From Tubiluchus corallicola (taxonomy: Eukaryota > Animalia > Priapulida), in assembly GCA_030141605.1 (NCBI GenBank), contig JAQGDQ010000271.1, forward strand, positions 247,350-311,349: a stretch of DNA of 64,000 nt, written 5' to 3'. Both the position numbers and the translations under genes were made by a program. Positions within the stretch are counted from its first letter, which is position 1, and each line of letters starts with the position of its first letter. Positions 37,441 through 50,372 of this stretch are shown piece by piece. The notes under the pieces were generated by a model that saw only the letters and a program-made list of their open reading frames with translations, was not told the origin of the DNA and made no database searches.

Positions 37441-39422
37441 CTTCCGTACTCACTTACTCATCATGCTTCCGTACTCACTCATCACGCTTCCGTACTCACT
37501 TACTCATCACGCTTCCGTACTCACTTACTCATCACGCTTCAGTACTCACTTACTCATCACGCTTCCGTACTCACTTACTCATCACGCTTCAGTACTCACT
37601 TACTCATCACGCTTCAGTGCCCACTTACTCATCACGCTTCAGTGCTCACTTACTCATCACGCTTCAGTACTCACTCATCACGCTTCAGTACTCACTTACT
37701 CATCACGCTTCAGGACTCACTTACTCATCACGCTTCAGTACTCACTTACTCATCACGCTTCAGTACTCACTTACTTATCACGCTTCACTACTCACTTAAT
37801 CATTACGCTTCTGTACTCACTTACTCATCATGCTTTAGTACTCACTTACTCATCATGCTTCAGTACTCACCCATCACGCTTCAGCATCATGCTTCCGTAC
37901 TCATTTACTCATCACGCTTCAGGGCTCACTTACTCGTCACGCTTCAGTACTCTCTTACTCATCAAGTCTCTGTATTCACTTACTCATCACGCTTCAGTAC
38001 TCACTTACCCATCACGCTTCCGTACTCATTTACTCATCACGCTTCAGTACTCACTTACTCATCACGCTTCAGTACTCTCTTACTCATCACGTCTCCATAC
38101 TCACTTACTCATCACGCTTCAGTACTCACTTACTCTTCACGCTTCAGTACTCACTTGCCCATCATGCTTCCATACTCACTTACTCATCATGCTTCCGTAC
38201 TCACTTACTCATCATGCTTCCGTACTCACTTACTCATCATGCTTCCGTACTCACTTACTCATCACGCCTCAGTACTCACTTACTCATCACATCTATGCAT
38301 CAAAAGCTTTCCGTACTCACTCACTCATCACACCTATGCATCAAAAGCTTTCCATACTCACTCACTCATCACACCTATGCATCAAAAGCTTTTCGTACTC
38401 ACTCACTCATCACACCTATGCATCAAAAGCTTTCCATACTCACTCACTCATCACACCTATGCATCAAAAGCTTTCCATACTCACTCATCACACCTATGCA
38501 TCAAAAGCTTTCCGTACTCACTCACTCATCACACCTATGCATCAAAAGCTTTGCATACTCACTCACTCATCACACCTATGCATCAAAAGCTTTCCGTACT
38601 CACTTACTCATCACGCCTATGCATCAAAAGCTTTCCGTACTCACTCACTCATCACGCCTATGCATCAAAAGCTTTCCGTACTCACTTACTCATCGCGCCT
38701 ATGCATCAAAAGCTTTCCGTACTCACTCACTCATCGCGCCTATGCATCAAAAGCTTTCCGTACTCACTCACTCATCGCGCCTATGCATCAAAAGCTTTCC
38801 GTACTCACTCACTCATCGCGCCTATGCATCAAAAGCTTTCCGTACTCACTCACTCATCGCGCCTATGCATCAAAAGCTTTCCGTACTCACTCACTCATCG
38901 CGCCTATGCATCAAAAGCTTTCCGTACTCACTCACTCATCGCGCCTATGCATCAAAAGCTTTCCGTACTCACTCACTCATCGCACCTATGCATCAAAAGC
39001 TTTCCGTACTCACTCACTCATCACGCCTATGCATCAAAACATTTCCGTACTCACTCATCACGCTTCAGTACTCACTCATCACGCTTCCGTACTCACTTAC
39101 TCATCACGCTTCCATACTCACTTACTCATCACGCTTCCATACTCACTTACTCATCACGCCTCAGTACTCACTTACTCATCACGCTTCAGTACTCACTTAC
39201 TCATCACGCTTCCGTACTCACTTACTCATCACGCTTCAGTACTCACTTACTCATCACGCTTTCGTACTCACTCACTCATCACGCCTCAGTACTCACCCAT
39301 CACGCTTCCATACTCACTTACTCATCACGCCTCAGTACTCACTTACTCATCACGCTTCACTACTCACTTACTCATCACGCTTCCGTACTCACTCACTCAT
39401 CACGCCTATGCATCAAAAGCTT
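37441..39422. repeat. Compound minisatellite: 25-bp unit (CTTCCGTACTCACTTACTCATCACG) flanking a derived 41-bp unit (about 38290-39040)
   Basis: Periods of 25 and 41 nt; the 41-mer is the 25-mer plus a 16-nt insertion. Confidence 0.96.
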
Positions 39423-39761
39423 TGCTCACGAACTACTGTTTGTTTCCACATTACAAAAGTGCACTCACTACACACGCCTTTATGAAACACAACTTGATCA
39501 TTATATAAGCAATTTTTTAAAACATTTTTAAATTTTATCATTTTTATTTTCCTAGCACAAGTCGGGTGCCAGGGACGTCACTAAATGAGCAGTGGTCTCT
39601 ATGCATTTCAACATACGAACATTTTTAATCAACAAGATTTGGTTTTCTTACGTAAATTACGATATTTCTTAGCTTTTGATTAAGAACACACGAAAAAACA
39701 GAAAAAAAAAACAGATCTTTGGCAACATTTTTTACGCCAGTTCAGCTTTTACTGATTCATT

Positions 39762-39894
39762 CTACGTAACATTGGCTCCAAACGTGCCACTAGGTGGACG
39801 GTAATCTTTTGGTAGGGCTATCAACTGGAAAGCGTTAAATGCATACTTATCCACACCCGTATTCTTTCTTGAATTTTCTCTACGTACGCCCTCA
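39762..39894 (-). CDS. INPP4: INPP4 terminal exon (SEGVRREN...KYAFN...[13 protein letters not shown]...*)
   Basis: Matches the INPP4A/B C-terminus (G.R.EN, YAFN, YRPP.GT.G); acceptor tttttcag; TAG at 39762-39764. Confidence 0.93.
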
Positions 39895-40287
39895 CTGAAA
39901 AAAACACTTCTATTAAAATGTCACCGAGTTGAAAAACTTTCAAAAGATAAGAAACCTACATGGAAGATTCATTACTGACGAACGTCGTTTTTGTGATCAA
40001 TCTTAGTGCATTACCACCATCACCAATCCATCGTCACAGTCATCACTGTTATCATCATGATCATCATTGCCGTCATTCATGATCAACATTATCATCATCT
40101 TCATCATTTTTGCATAGCGTTTAAGTAGTACCCATCTGCTGTTTCCCTCTCTTTATTAAGGTTTATCAATGATGAGGATTAGTGTATAAACTGATCTCTT
40201 CTGCTACACTTCTAAGCACTGCAAAACTTGCAAATCAAATCTAATAATGCACCGTTATAACGGAGACAGTAGCAGTCTTCGTTGATA

Positions 40288-40875
40288 CAGTCTAGCCTCG
40301 TTATCTCGCCACTGTCCGTCTAGGGCAAATTTTTGGCGAGAGGCGAGTATGGCGAGATAACGGGAATATAACGAAGTTTTTCTACATGTATATACATAAT
40401 AGTTGATTAACATAGTGTTCCTCTATGTACATATAAAATAGACAAAACAGTTTTCGCTTCAGAGACATCATGTAAAGTTGCTCACACTTTGTGGAAACTC
40501 AAACTTAAATGCAGCTTTGGCGTTATAGAGTAAGGATATCGGTGACGCTTTAGTTTCTCTGCGCATTAACCAACCACAGCACTCCTAATCTAATCCTGGT
40601 GAGACACACACTAGATTAATTATGTCTGTCTATCGAGTACAGCAGCATTGTCTACATACCGCGGTTATATTGATCGACACGCGGTATATGTATTGATCGA
40701 TTCACCTCTGTATAGTTTACATAAGCACTCATCCTGGCATGACGTGGCGAGGGCGAGAAGCGAGGGTGGCGACTTAACAAGGTAAATATCAAAGCAGGAA
40801 ATCCGTCCTGGTACTTTCTATGGCGAGAGATGAGTTTGGCGGCATAACGAGGGGCGAGATAACGAGGCTAGACTG
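40288..40875. mobile_element. Tc1/mariner-pogo type MITE
   Basis: TA|CAGTCTAGCCTCGTTATCTCGCC...GGCGAGATAACGAGGCTAGACTG|TA; perfect TIR and TA TSD. Confidence 0.92.
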
Positions 40876-40954
40876 TATACTTCTATGACACTATACGTAA
40901 ACTAAACCGAATTAAAACTAGAATCATTTCAAAGATTGTGGAGTCACAGTTTAC

Positions 40955-41109
40955 CTGCGCATACAATCCAACATGGCCGCTCTTGCTTGCGTCTGCACGT
41001 CAAAATCGACTTGCAATATTTGGCACTGTTCCAGAGTGACCGCCATGGCCGTTCTGTCTTTTGCGCTTTTGCAGCTTATAAACCGAAGTCCATTCATCTT
41101 CCGGCATAT
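40955..41109 (-). CDS. INPP4: INPP4 catalytic exon ([29 protein letters not shown]...)
   Basis: C(X)5R active-site motif CKSAKDRT, diagnostic of inositol polyphosphate 4-phosphatases. Confidence 0.97.
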
Positions 41110-41173
41110 CTATGGACACACGTGCAAACATTAATTCAGATACTGTAACAACACTAGTTATTATACATTAGAC

Positions 41174-41863
41174 CAGGGGTGTGCAAATTGCGGCCCGCCG
41201 AGAGAATTTGTGCGGCTCGCGAAGAGGTTTGTCAAACTATAATACATATAAACTCATTTTCGGTTGAAGTTTCTCGATACATAAAAGTTTAAAGACAAAC
41301 ACATTAGTGAACAGAAAATTGCTGTTGATGCACAAATATTTCCTAAAATATCAGGTACAATTACATTTTGACTAGATATCTGTACAAATAAGAAACAAGT
41401 TAATCCAAGGGTGTGCAAATTGTGGCCCGCGGAGAGATTTGTCAACCTAATGGAAGTGCGGCCCGGGCGATTAATTGAGTGTATCCAGCTGAAGTCCGTG
41501 CCACGATCCCAAAAATAGTGCGGGTAGTTTTTTCTACTAGATCGGATGCCATTAACCCTTACAAGACGGTTGTAGCTTAATGTCACTGTACTACACAGAC
41601 TGTGTGATACACATTACTAATATGCATTGTAATGAAATTACCACTATCTGTCCTGAAAGTAGAAATATATGGTTTGTAATATAAATTTTAATAACTTGTA
41701 AAATAGTTTCTTGCGTAGTAGTAATGATGTACGCAGGTCGGATGCAAAAAAATCGTTATTAGGCCTTTCTGTACTTGGCTCCTTGATCAAACTGCCTGTG
41801 GCCCGCAGGAATTGTGGGAAAGTTTAATGTGGCCCGGCTAGTCAGATAATTTGCACACCCCTG
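41174..41863. mobile_element. hAT-family MITE, copy 2, with a duplicated left end
   Basis: TIR CAGGGGTGTGCAAAT, 8-bp TSD CATTAGAC, second left end at about 41406. Confidence 0.92.
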
Positions 41864-42184
41864 CATTAGACAATATAATCAGTATTAGATTTTTATACAA
41901 ATCGACCGAAACATTGCCCACTGGTCACTCAGGGTACGGGCTACAACAGAAAGGAACGCATGTTCAAGAAAAAAAGATCTCATCTAACTAATTTGCAAGT
42001 GATAGGAACTATTGATGTTGTTCATGAAGATTTTGAAAGTTGTAACTTGTTAGAAAGGTTGTAGTTCACAGAGAAACAACATTTTGGTAAAGGTAAGAGA
42101 CCGAGAAGAAATTCGGTTTATAGCAGTTAAGCTGCTTTGCATATAATTAAAAAATACGTTAAGCGCCGTTTCTTAAACTTACTG

Positions 42185-42617
42185 TTAATAGACTCAGTCA
42201 CTTAATTGACTCAAACACGCCTGGTACGGGCCGCTCCGATTCAAATGCGTACAAAAACTATCGGTATGAGAATTTCATAAACCAACTTCTTCGCGAAGAA
42301 ATGAAGCAACCGACCTTGCACGAATTTTTGTAATTTTTAATGGTAATAATCAGATTTTTTCGATTTTTTCTTACTTTATTATTCACTTATATAAATTATG
42401 CTTCTTAAATAGGTATTTTTGACATTAATTCGTTTCTAAAATCCTTTCAAAGCCTTTGCAATGCATAATAAATTGATGAGCGATGAGTCATAGTTGCATA
42501 GTAGTAATACACTAAATCCGTCAGCTAACCAACTCAGTCGGTTAATTGGGTCAAAATACTTCCGTACCAAAGTGAGTCAATGAGTCAATCAGTGAGTCTA
42601 TCAAGCAGGACCTACTG
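42185..42617. mobile_element. Truncated Tc1/pogo-like MITE family member; a related copy with an intact left end lies at 49523 to about 50270
   Basis: Shared gttaatagactcagtc.cttaattgactca and atgagaatttcataaccaac blocks; right end CTACTG|TA, left end TA|CAGTAG at 49523. Confidence 0.65.
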
Positions 42618-42734
42618 TAAGCATAAAATATCATAATAACTGATTATTACATCGTGTATATTAGATAGCAAATTATTTGCTCATTAAAACACGTAATACA
42701 GCGAAGACAACACGGTACAAAAAAGAAAGATTAC

Positions 42735-42850
42735 CACGCTTGCCAAATGAAGGATGTCAACATTCTTGCTTCTCTTACTGTGTACGCTTGTCTGCAGTTG
42801 ATTGACCAGTGACAGCAATGTGGCGCCACCGCTGTCCCGCCTAGACCGTC
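42735..42850 (-). CDS. INPP4: INPP4 exon (RRSRRDSGG...VHSKRSKNVDILHLASV)
   Basis: Conserved KNV(D/E)IL; phase-consistent AG/GT. Confidence 0.9.
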
Positions 42851-42951
42851 CTAAAAGCAGAGAAACTTGCTCTCAGACATGCCGACAAAATAAAACAACG
42901 TTATATAAAGAACCATGCCAAACTAAGTTATCCTAATGACAAATAATTCAG

Positions 42952-43806
42952 TAACTACAGCTGCTTGAACTACAAGTGACAAACTCATGAGCCAACTGTA
43001 GCTATAAAAACTAAACATGAAAGTAAAAGCAGTAGGTATGACATCATCCTATCTACATACATGAAGTTTTAGTTTATTTATGGAGTGACAAAATGTAACT
43101 ACAGCTGCTTGGAACTACAAGAGACAAACTCATGACCCAACTGTAGCTATAAAAACTAAACATGAAAGTAAAAGCAGTAGGTATGACATCATCCTATCTA
43201 CATACATTAAGTTTTAGTTTATTTATGGAGTGACAAAATGTAACTACAGCTGCTTGGAACTACAAGTGACAAACTCATGAGCCAACTGTAGCTATAAAAA
43301 CTAAACATGAAAGTAAAAGCAGTAGGTATGACATCATCCTATCTACATACATTAAGTTTTAGTTTATTTATGGAGTGACAAAATGTAACTACAGCTGCTT
43401 GGAACTACAAGTGACAAACTCATGAGCCAACTGTAGATATAAAAACTAAACATGAAAGTAAAAGCAGTAGGTATGACATCATCCTATCTACATACATTAA
43501 GTTTTAGTTTATTTATGGAGTGACAAAATGTAACTACAGCTGATGGAACTACAAGTGACAAACTCATGACCCAACTGTAGCTATAAAAACTAAACATCAA
43601 AGTAAAAGCAGTAGGTGTGACATCATCCTATCTACATACATTAAGTTTTAGTTTATTTATGTAGTGACAAAATGTAACTACAGCTGCTGGAACTACAAGT
43701 GACAAACTCATGACCCAACTGTAGCTATAAAAACTAAACATGGAAGTAAAAGCAGTAGGTATGATATCATCCTATCTACATACATTAAGTTTTAGTTTAT
43801 TTATGG
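42952..43806. repeat. 145-bp tandem repeat, about 6 copies, filling an INPP4 intron
   Basis: 145-nt period (43096, 43241, 43386). Confidence 0.95.
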
Positions 43807-43819
43807 ATAACTCCCTTAC

Positions 43820-43920
43820 TTATTGGCGTTGTGGTCATGTCTCTAAACTTCTCATAATAACTCTTTAGTAAATCAAAATTTTCAACGTTCGTCTGCTCCT
43901 GAAGAGATACATTGGCAAAC
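43820..43920 (-). CDS. INPP4: INPP4 exon (FANVSLQEQTNVENFDLLKSYYEKF...)
   Basis: Matches the INPP4 F..xSLQE.IN.E...L..YYE.F region; phase 2/1. Confidence 0.9.
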
Positions 43921-44057
43921 CTGTAATTAAAAACGCATCTGATTAACTTTGTCTTTCCTCATCCTGCTCACACATGTAATTAAATATCCACATTTTTATT
44001 GTATATAAAATTCAAATGCACTCAATAATTTCACAAAAGAACTTCCGATCAGTTTCC

Positions 44058-44851
44058 ATAAGAGGGCGTCAAAATGTTGTTCTAACACCCATAAGAGAGC
44101 CTCAAAATGCTGTTCTAACACCCATAAGAGAGCCTCAAAATGTTGTTCTAACACCCGTAAGAGGGCGTCAAAATGTTGTTCTAACACCCATAAGAAAGCC
44201 TCAAAATGTTGTTCTAACACCCATAAGAGAGCCTCAAAATGTTGTTCTAACACCCATAAGAGAGCCTCAAAATGTTGCTCTAACACCCAGAGGGCCTCAA
44301 AATGTTGTTCTAACAGCCACAAGAGAGCCTCAAAATGTTGTTCTAACACCCAGAGGGCCTCAAAATGTTGTTCTAACACCCATAAGAGAGCCTCAAAATG
44401 TTGTTCTAACACCCATAAGAGAGCCTCAAAATGTTGTTCTAACACCCAGAGGGCCTCAAAATGTTGTTCTAACACCCATAAGAGAGCGTCAAAATGCTGT
44501 TCTAACACCCATAAGAGAGCCTCAAAATGCTGTTCTAACACCCATAAGAGAGCCTCAAAATGTTGTTCTAACACCCATAAGAGAGCCTCAAAATGTTGTT
44601 CTAACACCCATAAGAGTGTTCTAACACCCATAAGAGAGCCTCAAAATGTTGTTTTAACACCCATAAGAGAGCCTCAAAATGTTGTTCTAACACCCATAAG
44701 AGAGCCTCAAAATGTTGTCCTAACACCCATAAGAGAGCCTCAAAATGTTGTCCTAACACCCATAAGAGAGCCTGAAAATGTTGTTCTAACACCCATAAGA
44801 GAGCCTCAAAATGTTGTTCTAACACCCATAAGAGAGCCTCAAAATGTTGTT
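44058..44851. repeat. 33-bp minisatellite (CCTCAAAATGTTGTTCTAACACCCATAAGAGAG), about 24 copies
   Basis: 33-nt period. Confidence 0.96.
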
Positions 44852-44903
44852 CGCATATGTGCTATGCCCAGTTTACAAAAACGTCAAATGAAAATTTCCG
44901 CAC

Positions 44904-45044
44904 ATTTCAGCCAGCGTCGCGTTCTCGTTGATGCCCATGGTGAACAGGACGGGTGTGAGGATGATCATGTGCCCGTTCTGAAGTTCCTCTCGGAGGTGGA
45001 CAAAGACGTGTTGAGGTACCGGTATTTGGACGAGTAATACAGAA
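44904..45044 (-). CDS. INPP4: INPP4 exon (SVLLVQIPVP...PVLFTMGINENATLAE)
   Basis: Conserved PVLF..GINE..TLAE; phase 2/2. Confidence 0.92.
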
Positions 45045-45850
45045 CTGCAAAAACAATCAAATCGGTTAGTTACTTGAACATTGACTCACATTTTAGCTCT
45101 AATCACTGGGGGTCTGAGAGTTCGTTTACGAAGTTTGACACCAGACGAGAAAACGCCAGAAAACTGGGCAACTACAATTTTAATGAAGCAATTAAATTTC
45201 AAAAATGAAATTTTATATTTGTTCTTTATTAATTTTGATTAAAAGCCAAAGCAACATTGAACTTGTAACTGTCTGTGTGTCTGTCTGTAAGAATTAAGCC
45301 TTTAATACCTACGATATAGTGCTGAATTACAAAGTTTTCATAAAAATGCATCAAGAAAAATGACCAAACACAACTTATTTAACTCAATGCTGTGTTTTTG
45401 ATAAAGTGGCATTTACGATTATATGCCACCTAATTTTTGCTAAACCTTACAACTGTCGACTCGGTCCAAACTAATCAAGATCGAGTTCTTGCATACTGTA
45501 CTAGTAACGGTTGTTATTTAAACAAATAGTAGTATGAACGAACGGGCAGGGGAGTAGCTGAGCTGTCATGGCGTGTGTTAAACTGCGAAGCATTGCAGTG
45601 CAGAAGGTGACCAGTAAGTGAACTAGTGACCACCACGAAATTCTCAATGATTTTATCTGTCATGCTACCTTTTGATTATCTCTCTTTTTGAGCTGGAGTA
45701 CATTACATTTTTCCGCTGGTTCAGTATCTCATCTCAGAGAATTAACTTCCTAAATTAGATAGGTAACAGTCCTGCTGCAACCATCAACATTAGTAGGACA
45801 TTGGCAATTTAGGCAGTGGATTATGGCTTGCAGCACAGGCTTACTGACCA

Positions 45851-46090
45851 CAGTGGACATTGGCATTTTGTCAAGTTATTACTCATCACAGCTTATGACC
45901 TCTGACCACAGTGGACATTGGCATTTTCTCATGTTATTACTCATCACAGCTTATAACCTCTGACCACAGTGGACATTGGCATTTTGTCATGTTATTACTC
46001 ATCACAGCTTGTAACCTCTGACCAGCACTTGTTTCTGAGTAAACAGTGGACATTGGCATTTTCTCATGTTATTACTCACAGCAGCTTACA
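45851..46090. repeat. 58-bp tandem repeat, about 4 copies
   Basis: CAGTGGACATTGGCATTTT at 45851, 45909, 45967 and about 46044. Confidence 0.85.
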
Positions 46091-46111
46091 CTAAAGTGAA
46101 TAGAAATTTAC

Positions 46112-46217
46112 CTTTGCAGTGATAACTCTGGTTCACAGAAAGTCTCCTCTGTAGCAACTAACCTGAATCGTACATGTTTCAACTCAAGACAAGCTACTAT
46201 CATATCTTCAAGCATAC
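46112..46217 (-). CDS. INPP4: INPP4 exon (GMLEDMIVAC...)
   Basis: Conserved MLEDM; phase 1/2. Confidence 0.9.
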
Positions 46218-46513
46218 CTAAGAGTAAACGTGCACAAGTTTTACTGATAATTATATAAAAATGTGTTCACAAACGTCCAGAGGTGCACGAGTACTGGAGA
46301 CTAATGTTCATTTGTAATCTTACATAAGGTTTTAGCTAAAAAAATTGTTAGACTATGTATATTTTATGCAAAAAGATAGGTAAAATCTTAGCTTTTTTTA
46401 AAAATATAGGTTAAAAGCTCTGTTACAGCAAAACTCAACATCACTGCTTAGACTCATGACACAAATTAGTTTCAAGGAAATGGAAAAAAATTGTTTATCA
46501 TGTTTGTTTTTAC

Positions 46514-46649
46514 CCATTTCGTCGCCATAGCAACTAAGCAGCGATTCAAATTCAGCCAAGATGCCAAGTTTAAGAAGCTGTGTTTGGAATTCTTCCGACA
46601 CGGGAGAACACCACATTCTAGTAACAAAGGCAGAGACTAGAGCTGTTAC
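46514..46649 (-). CDS. INPP4: INPP4 exon (VTALVSAF...LGILAEFESLLSCYGDEMG)
   Basis: Conserved G.L..FESLLS.YG.E; phase 0/1. Confidence 0.93.
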
Positions 46650-46729
46650 CTGAAATGTTTAAGAAAAGTTGTAAATAACTAAACACATCTTTTAAATAAC
46701 TCTAAAACATGAAAAGTTGTGTTGTGTGA

Positions 46730-47265
46730 GACTACGGCCATATCACGTTGAAAACACCGGTTCTCGTCTGATCACCGAATCTAACCAATGTAGAACCTGG
46801 TTAGTACTTGGATGGGTGACTGCTGAGGAATACCAGGTGCTGTGGACTTGCGGGATGCCCACACTGTAACTCGACACTAGGCGGAGGAGCTGCACAAGCA
46901 GCCAACGGCTAGAGGGCGGAGGAGGTCAAGTGACCTAACAGCCATGTGTAGGGGAGTAAACCTTCCAAATCAGGAGTGGAGCCCCGAAGGTGGACCAGTG
47001 CAGCATGCTCACTGACTCCGGCAGCTCCTGCAGCCAACCTGGTGCCAAACGTATCTCTCTGCTTTCCTTTGGACTACACCAGGGAGGAAGAGGCAATTGT
47101 CTGGGCAAATCAGGATCTCCATACACCTTGCCCAGGCGTGAGCCCTGGAGACGTTCAAGGATCGGATTGCTCAGCCACAGTCAACGCTGCAGCTCCATCA
47201 ATGTGGTCAATAACTGACTCTCTTGGTGCACACTCCATTGTCTTCCGAGACAGAAGGATGCCAAC
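46730..47265 (+). mobile_element. 5S-derived SINE, near full-length copy 3
   Basis: GACTACGGCCATATCACGTTGAAAACACCGGTTCTCG... 5S head of about 120 nt followed by the shared body and ...GACAGAAGGATGCCAAC tail. Confidence 0.92.
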
Positions 47266-48429
47266 AAACTAACTGTTTGTTGGTTGTTGCGATCTTTGTT
47301 TTGTTGTGGCAGATTTTTTTAGATTTTTTCTTCCCGCAACTCTGTACATATCGTTTAACGAAAGCTCGTTGTTGAAGTTATTACTAAAATTCTACCAATT
47401 ACTTTACAATTTAACAAACATTTCATTTGCATTTGCACTTTGGAAACCCCAGCAAGGTTGTGATAATGAATCTCCTAGTGTGCACTGTGAAATGATTGGC
47501 TATTGGAGGCGAACGTTTTTTATTCTTGCATTCTTAACGAATTAGTTATTGGAGAAGTGTATTAAATGCTATTGTAACAAAACACAAAGGCTATTGTTTA
47601 CAACAACGTGGTACTTTTTTGTTGCAATGTAAAGAGATAGTTACCCACAAAAAGGTTTATTAATAATAATGGCATTTCAGGAAATCACCGCTCGCTTCAT
47701 CAAGTTGCATAAAATGAAACACAAAGAATTCCAAAACGTAAAATATCTTCTAATGCTGATAAGATCAAGAATGACTCTTGGATTAACCTTGACATAAATG
47801 ACTTTGATTAAATTCTCTAATCGTTTCTCTGCATAAAGAGGTACAAAGTTTTTTTATCATGCACTTCTGTATTCTGCTAGCTAGGATTCAGGACCCAGCA
47901 CACAGTGCCAGGACCTCCTACTCAACAGAGGCGTTGTAGCAGAACCAGGATATATCTGTCTGTCAATGATAAGCCTTTAAAAGGAGATAGTGGACTGGTA
48001 GAGTGTCTCAACTACCTATACGCAACTGCCCTCAATGTGGTGGATATGTACTCATGGGCAGTATGGCGACGGAAACAAAACAGGTACTGGATCTGGTGGT
48101 CACTCATACATTTATTGACTGGCTCAGCATTGCTTAACTTTGGTCGCTAAGCAAATGCACTTGGCTATCTGCCTTACGTCAAAAAGGCTGCCTATGAGTT
48201 CTTGGCATCATTGCCTATGTTAAGGCATCATTAATGCTAAGCATAACAGCTTCCTCATCCATATTAGTAGAGGATTGGCTTCGTGCACATGCTGACGTAC
48301 CTTACAATAAACTCACTTAATTTCTGTTATGAAATCATGGCATAATTCTACTTCAGTAAGTTTTTGTCTTAAGATTTTAACTACATGTACAGAATAAAGA
48401 TAAGCTTACACACAGTTATGCAGTTTTGC

Positions 48430-48880
48430 TTACATATACATATACATACACATATACAAATACATATACATATTTATACATATACATTACATACACATAT
48501 TTATACATACACGTATACATATTTATACATATACATATACATATTTATACATATACATTACATACACATATTTATACATATACATATTTATACATATACA
48601 TTACATACACATACACAAATACATATACATACACAAATATATATACATATACATACACATATACAAATACACATACATACTAATACATATACATATACAT
48701 ACACATACATATACTAATACATATACATACATACACATACATACACATACACAAATACATATACATGCACATACACATACACATACACAAATACATACAC
48801 ATACACAAATACATATACATATACATACACATACACAAATACATATACATATACATACACATACACAAATACATATACAT
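48430..48880. repeat. Imperfect (ACAT/ACATAT)n microsatellite
   Basis: Directly visible. Confidence 0.93.
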
Positions 48881-48941
48881 AACGCAACCAGTTCTGTAGT
48901 GAGAGTTTATAACAGGCACAGGAATTTTCTAAAATACTTAC

Positions 48942-49010
48942 TGCTTGTGAGAGGACAACATCTTTCCTGTACTGAATGGTTTGCAGTAAGAGCAGGTTAT
49001 GCAACGATTC
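48942..49010 (-). CDS. INPP4: INPP4 exon ([23 protein letters not shown])
   Basis: Conserved YR.DVV.SQ; phase 0/0, donor GTAAGT. Confidence 0.9.
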
Positions 49011-49304
49011 CTGTAAACACAAAGAAACAAAGTGGATTTATGAAACTATTTCACAGAGTAAAACAAATTCTACTAACAGAAAACTATAATGCAAAGTCCG
49101 TTGGTTCAATTTCTGCCAAAAACAGCCCCTCATAATGCTATGGTGCGAAGTTTGCCAACAGAGTGAAATTATCATCACGCCAGAGATATTGGCAAAATCG
49201 ACACTGTAGCTTAAATTTGTTAATGATGTTTCTTTCACTAATCTGATATTTCAGCTTTTCACATATTAACACAACGAGAGTTTTTATAAAAACCCTCTCC
49301 CCAC

Positions 49305-49499
49305 CTGCTTAAGAATGAGAAGAGTCAGTCCATCGTGAATCTTATGACACATGCATTGTACGGAATTCTGCAGTTTTGCTACGTAAGCGTCCAACTCTTC
49401 GTGCCAACTGACCACTCGTGTTTCATAGAGACGTGCCAGACTGTCGGCTTTAGATACGATGCAGACAAGATTTGCTTCTACATTCAATCTGATTAAATC
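49305..49499 (-). CDS. INPP4: INPP4 exon (DLIRLNVEA...LTLLILKQ)
   Basis: Open 195-nt exon with AG/GT ends, phase 0/0, between confirmed exons. Confidence 0.82.
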
Positions 49500-50372
49500 C
49501 TGCAAGTACACAAGAATAGATACAGTAGATGTCGTTTATTAGACTCACGGTTAATAGACTCAGTCGCTTAATTGACTCAAAAACACCTGGAACGGGCCGC
49601 TTCTGTTCAAATGTACATGAAAACTAATGGGAATTGACTCAAATAACTCCGCATAATTGACTCAATATTTTTACTTCACATACTTAAAATAAGATACTTG
49701 TATGTGTCCAAAGAACTTTTACTACTTTTATGTAATCTTTATGTTGATTTTGTGCTCTATAATATAGGTAGAAACAGTCATGTTAAGTACAGCTTTGTTT
49801 GTAAGCAGGTACAGTATGTTTATCATAAGCATTGCGTTAATAAGTTTTGCTTTGAATCCGTCACCCGCTTTTCCGCTGCAGTTAACCTCATTGTTTCTGG
49901 AAGCTAAACATTTAATCACTTGACCGGCGGTTTGCTTTTGAAGTTCCCGCTGCTGTTCACAGGGGAGACAAGGTCATCACCAACTGCAACTCAAGCACTA
50001 GGTGGCTACGTGTTTTGCATTAATATGTGCAGCAACAGATTTTCAATGTTTTTATCATTATGAGAATTTCATAACCAACGTCTTCATGAATAAATGAAGC
50101 AACCGACCTTGCATGCATTTTTGTAATTTTTAATAGTAATAATCAGATTTTTGCGATTCTTTTCTTTTTTTATTAATTCACTAATATAAATTATGTTTCT
50201 TAAATAATTTCACATAGGAACCTCGATAGAACTTTAATTCGTTTCTAAAATTCATTTAAAGTCTTTGCAAAAATGTAAGAAGGTGATATAAACTTCTTAC
50301 ACTTCCTTTAACTGGATGAACTTGCAACAGCAACATGCATAAGAAAATGATAAGTGAACACAAACCACCTAC

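Noticed and set aside
37394-39531. ORFs of 423-704 aa in all three + frames
   Set aside because: Translations of a stop-free 25/41-bp repeat; the same peptides appear in every frame.
46730-46850. 5S rRNA gene (also 3800-3920 and 55140-55258)
   Set aside because: No oligo-T terminator; always fused to the same body, diverged between copies and TSD-flanked, so these are SINE heads.
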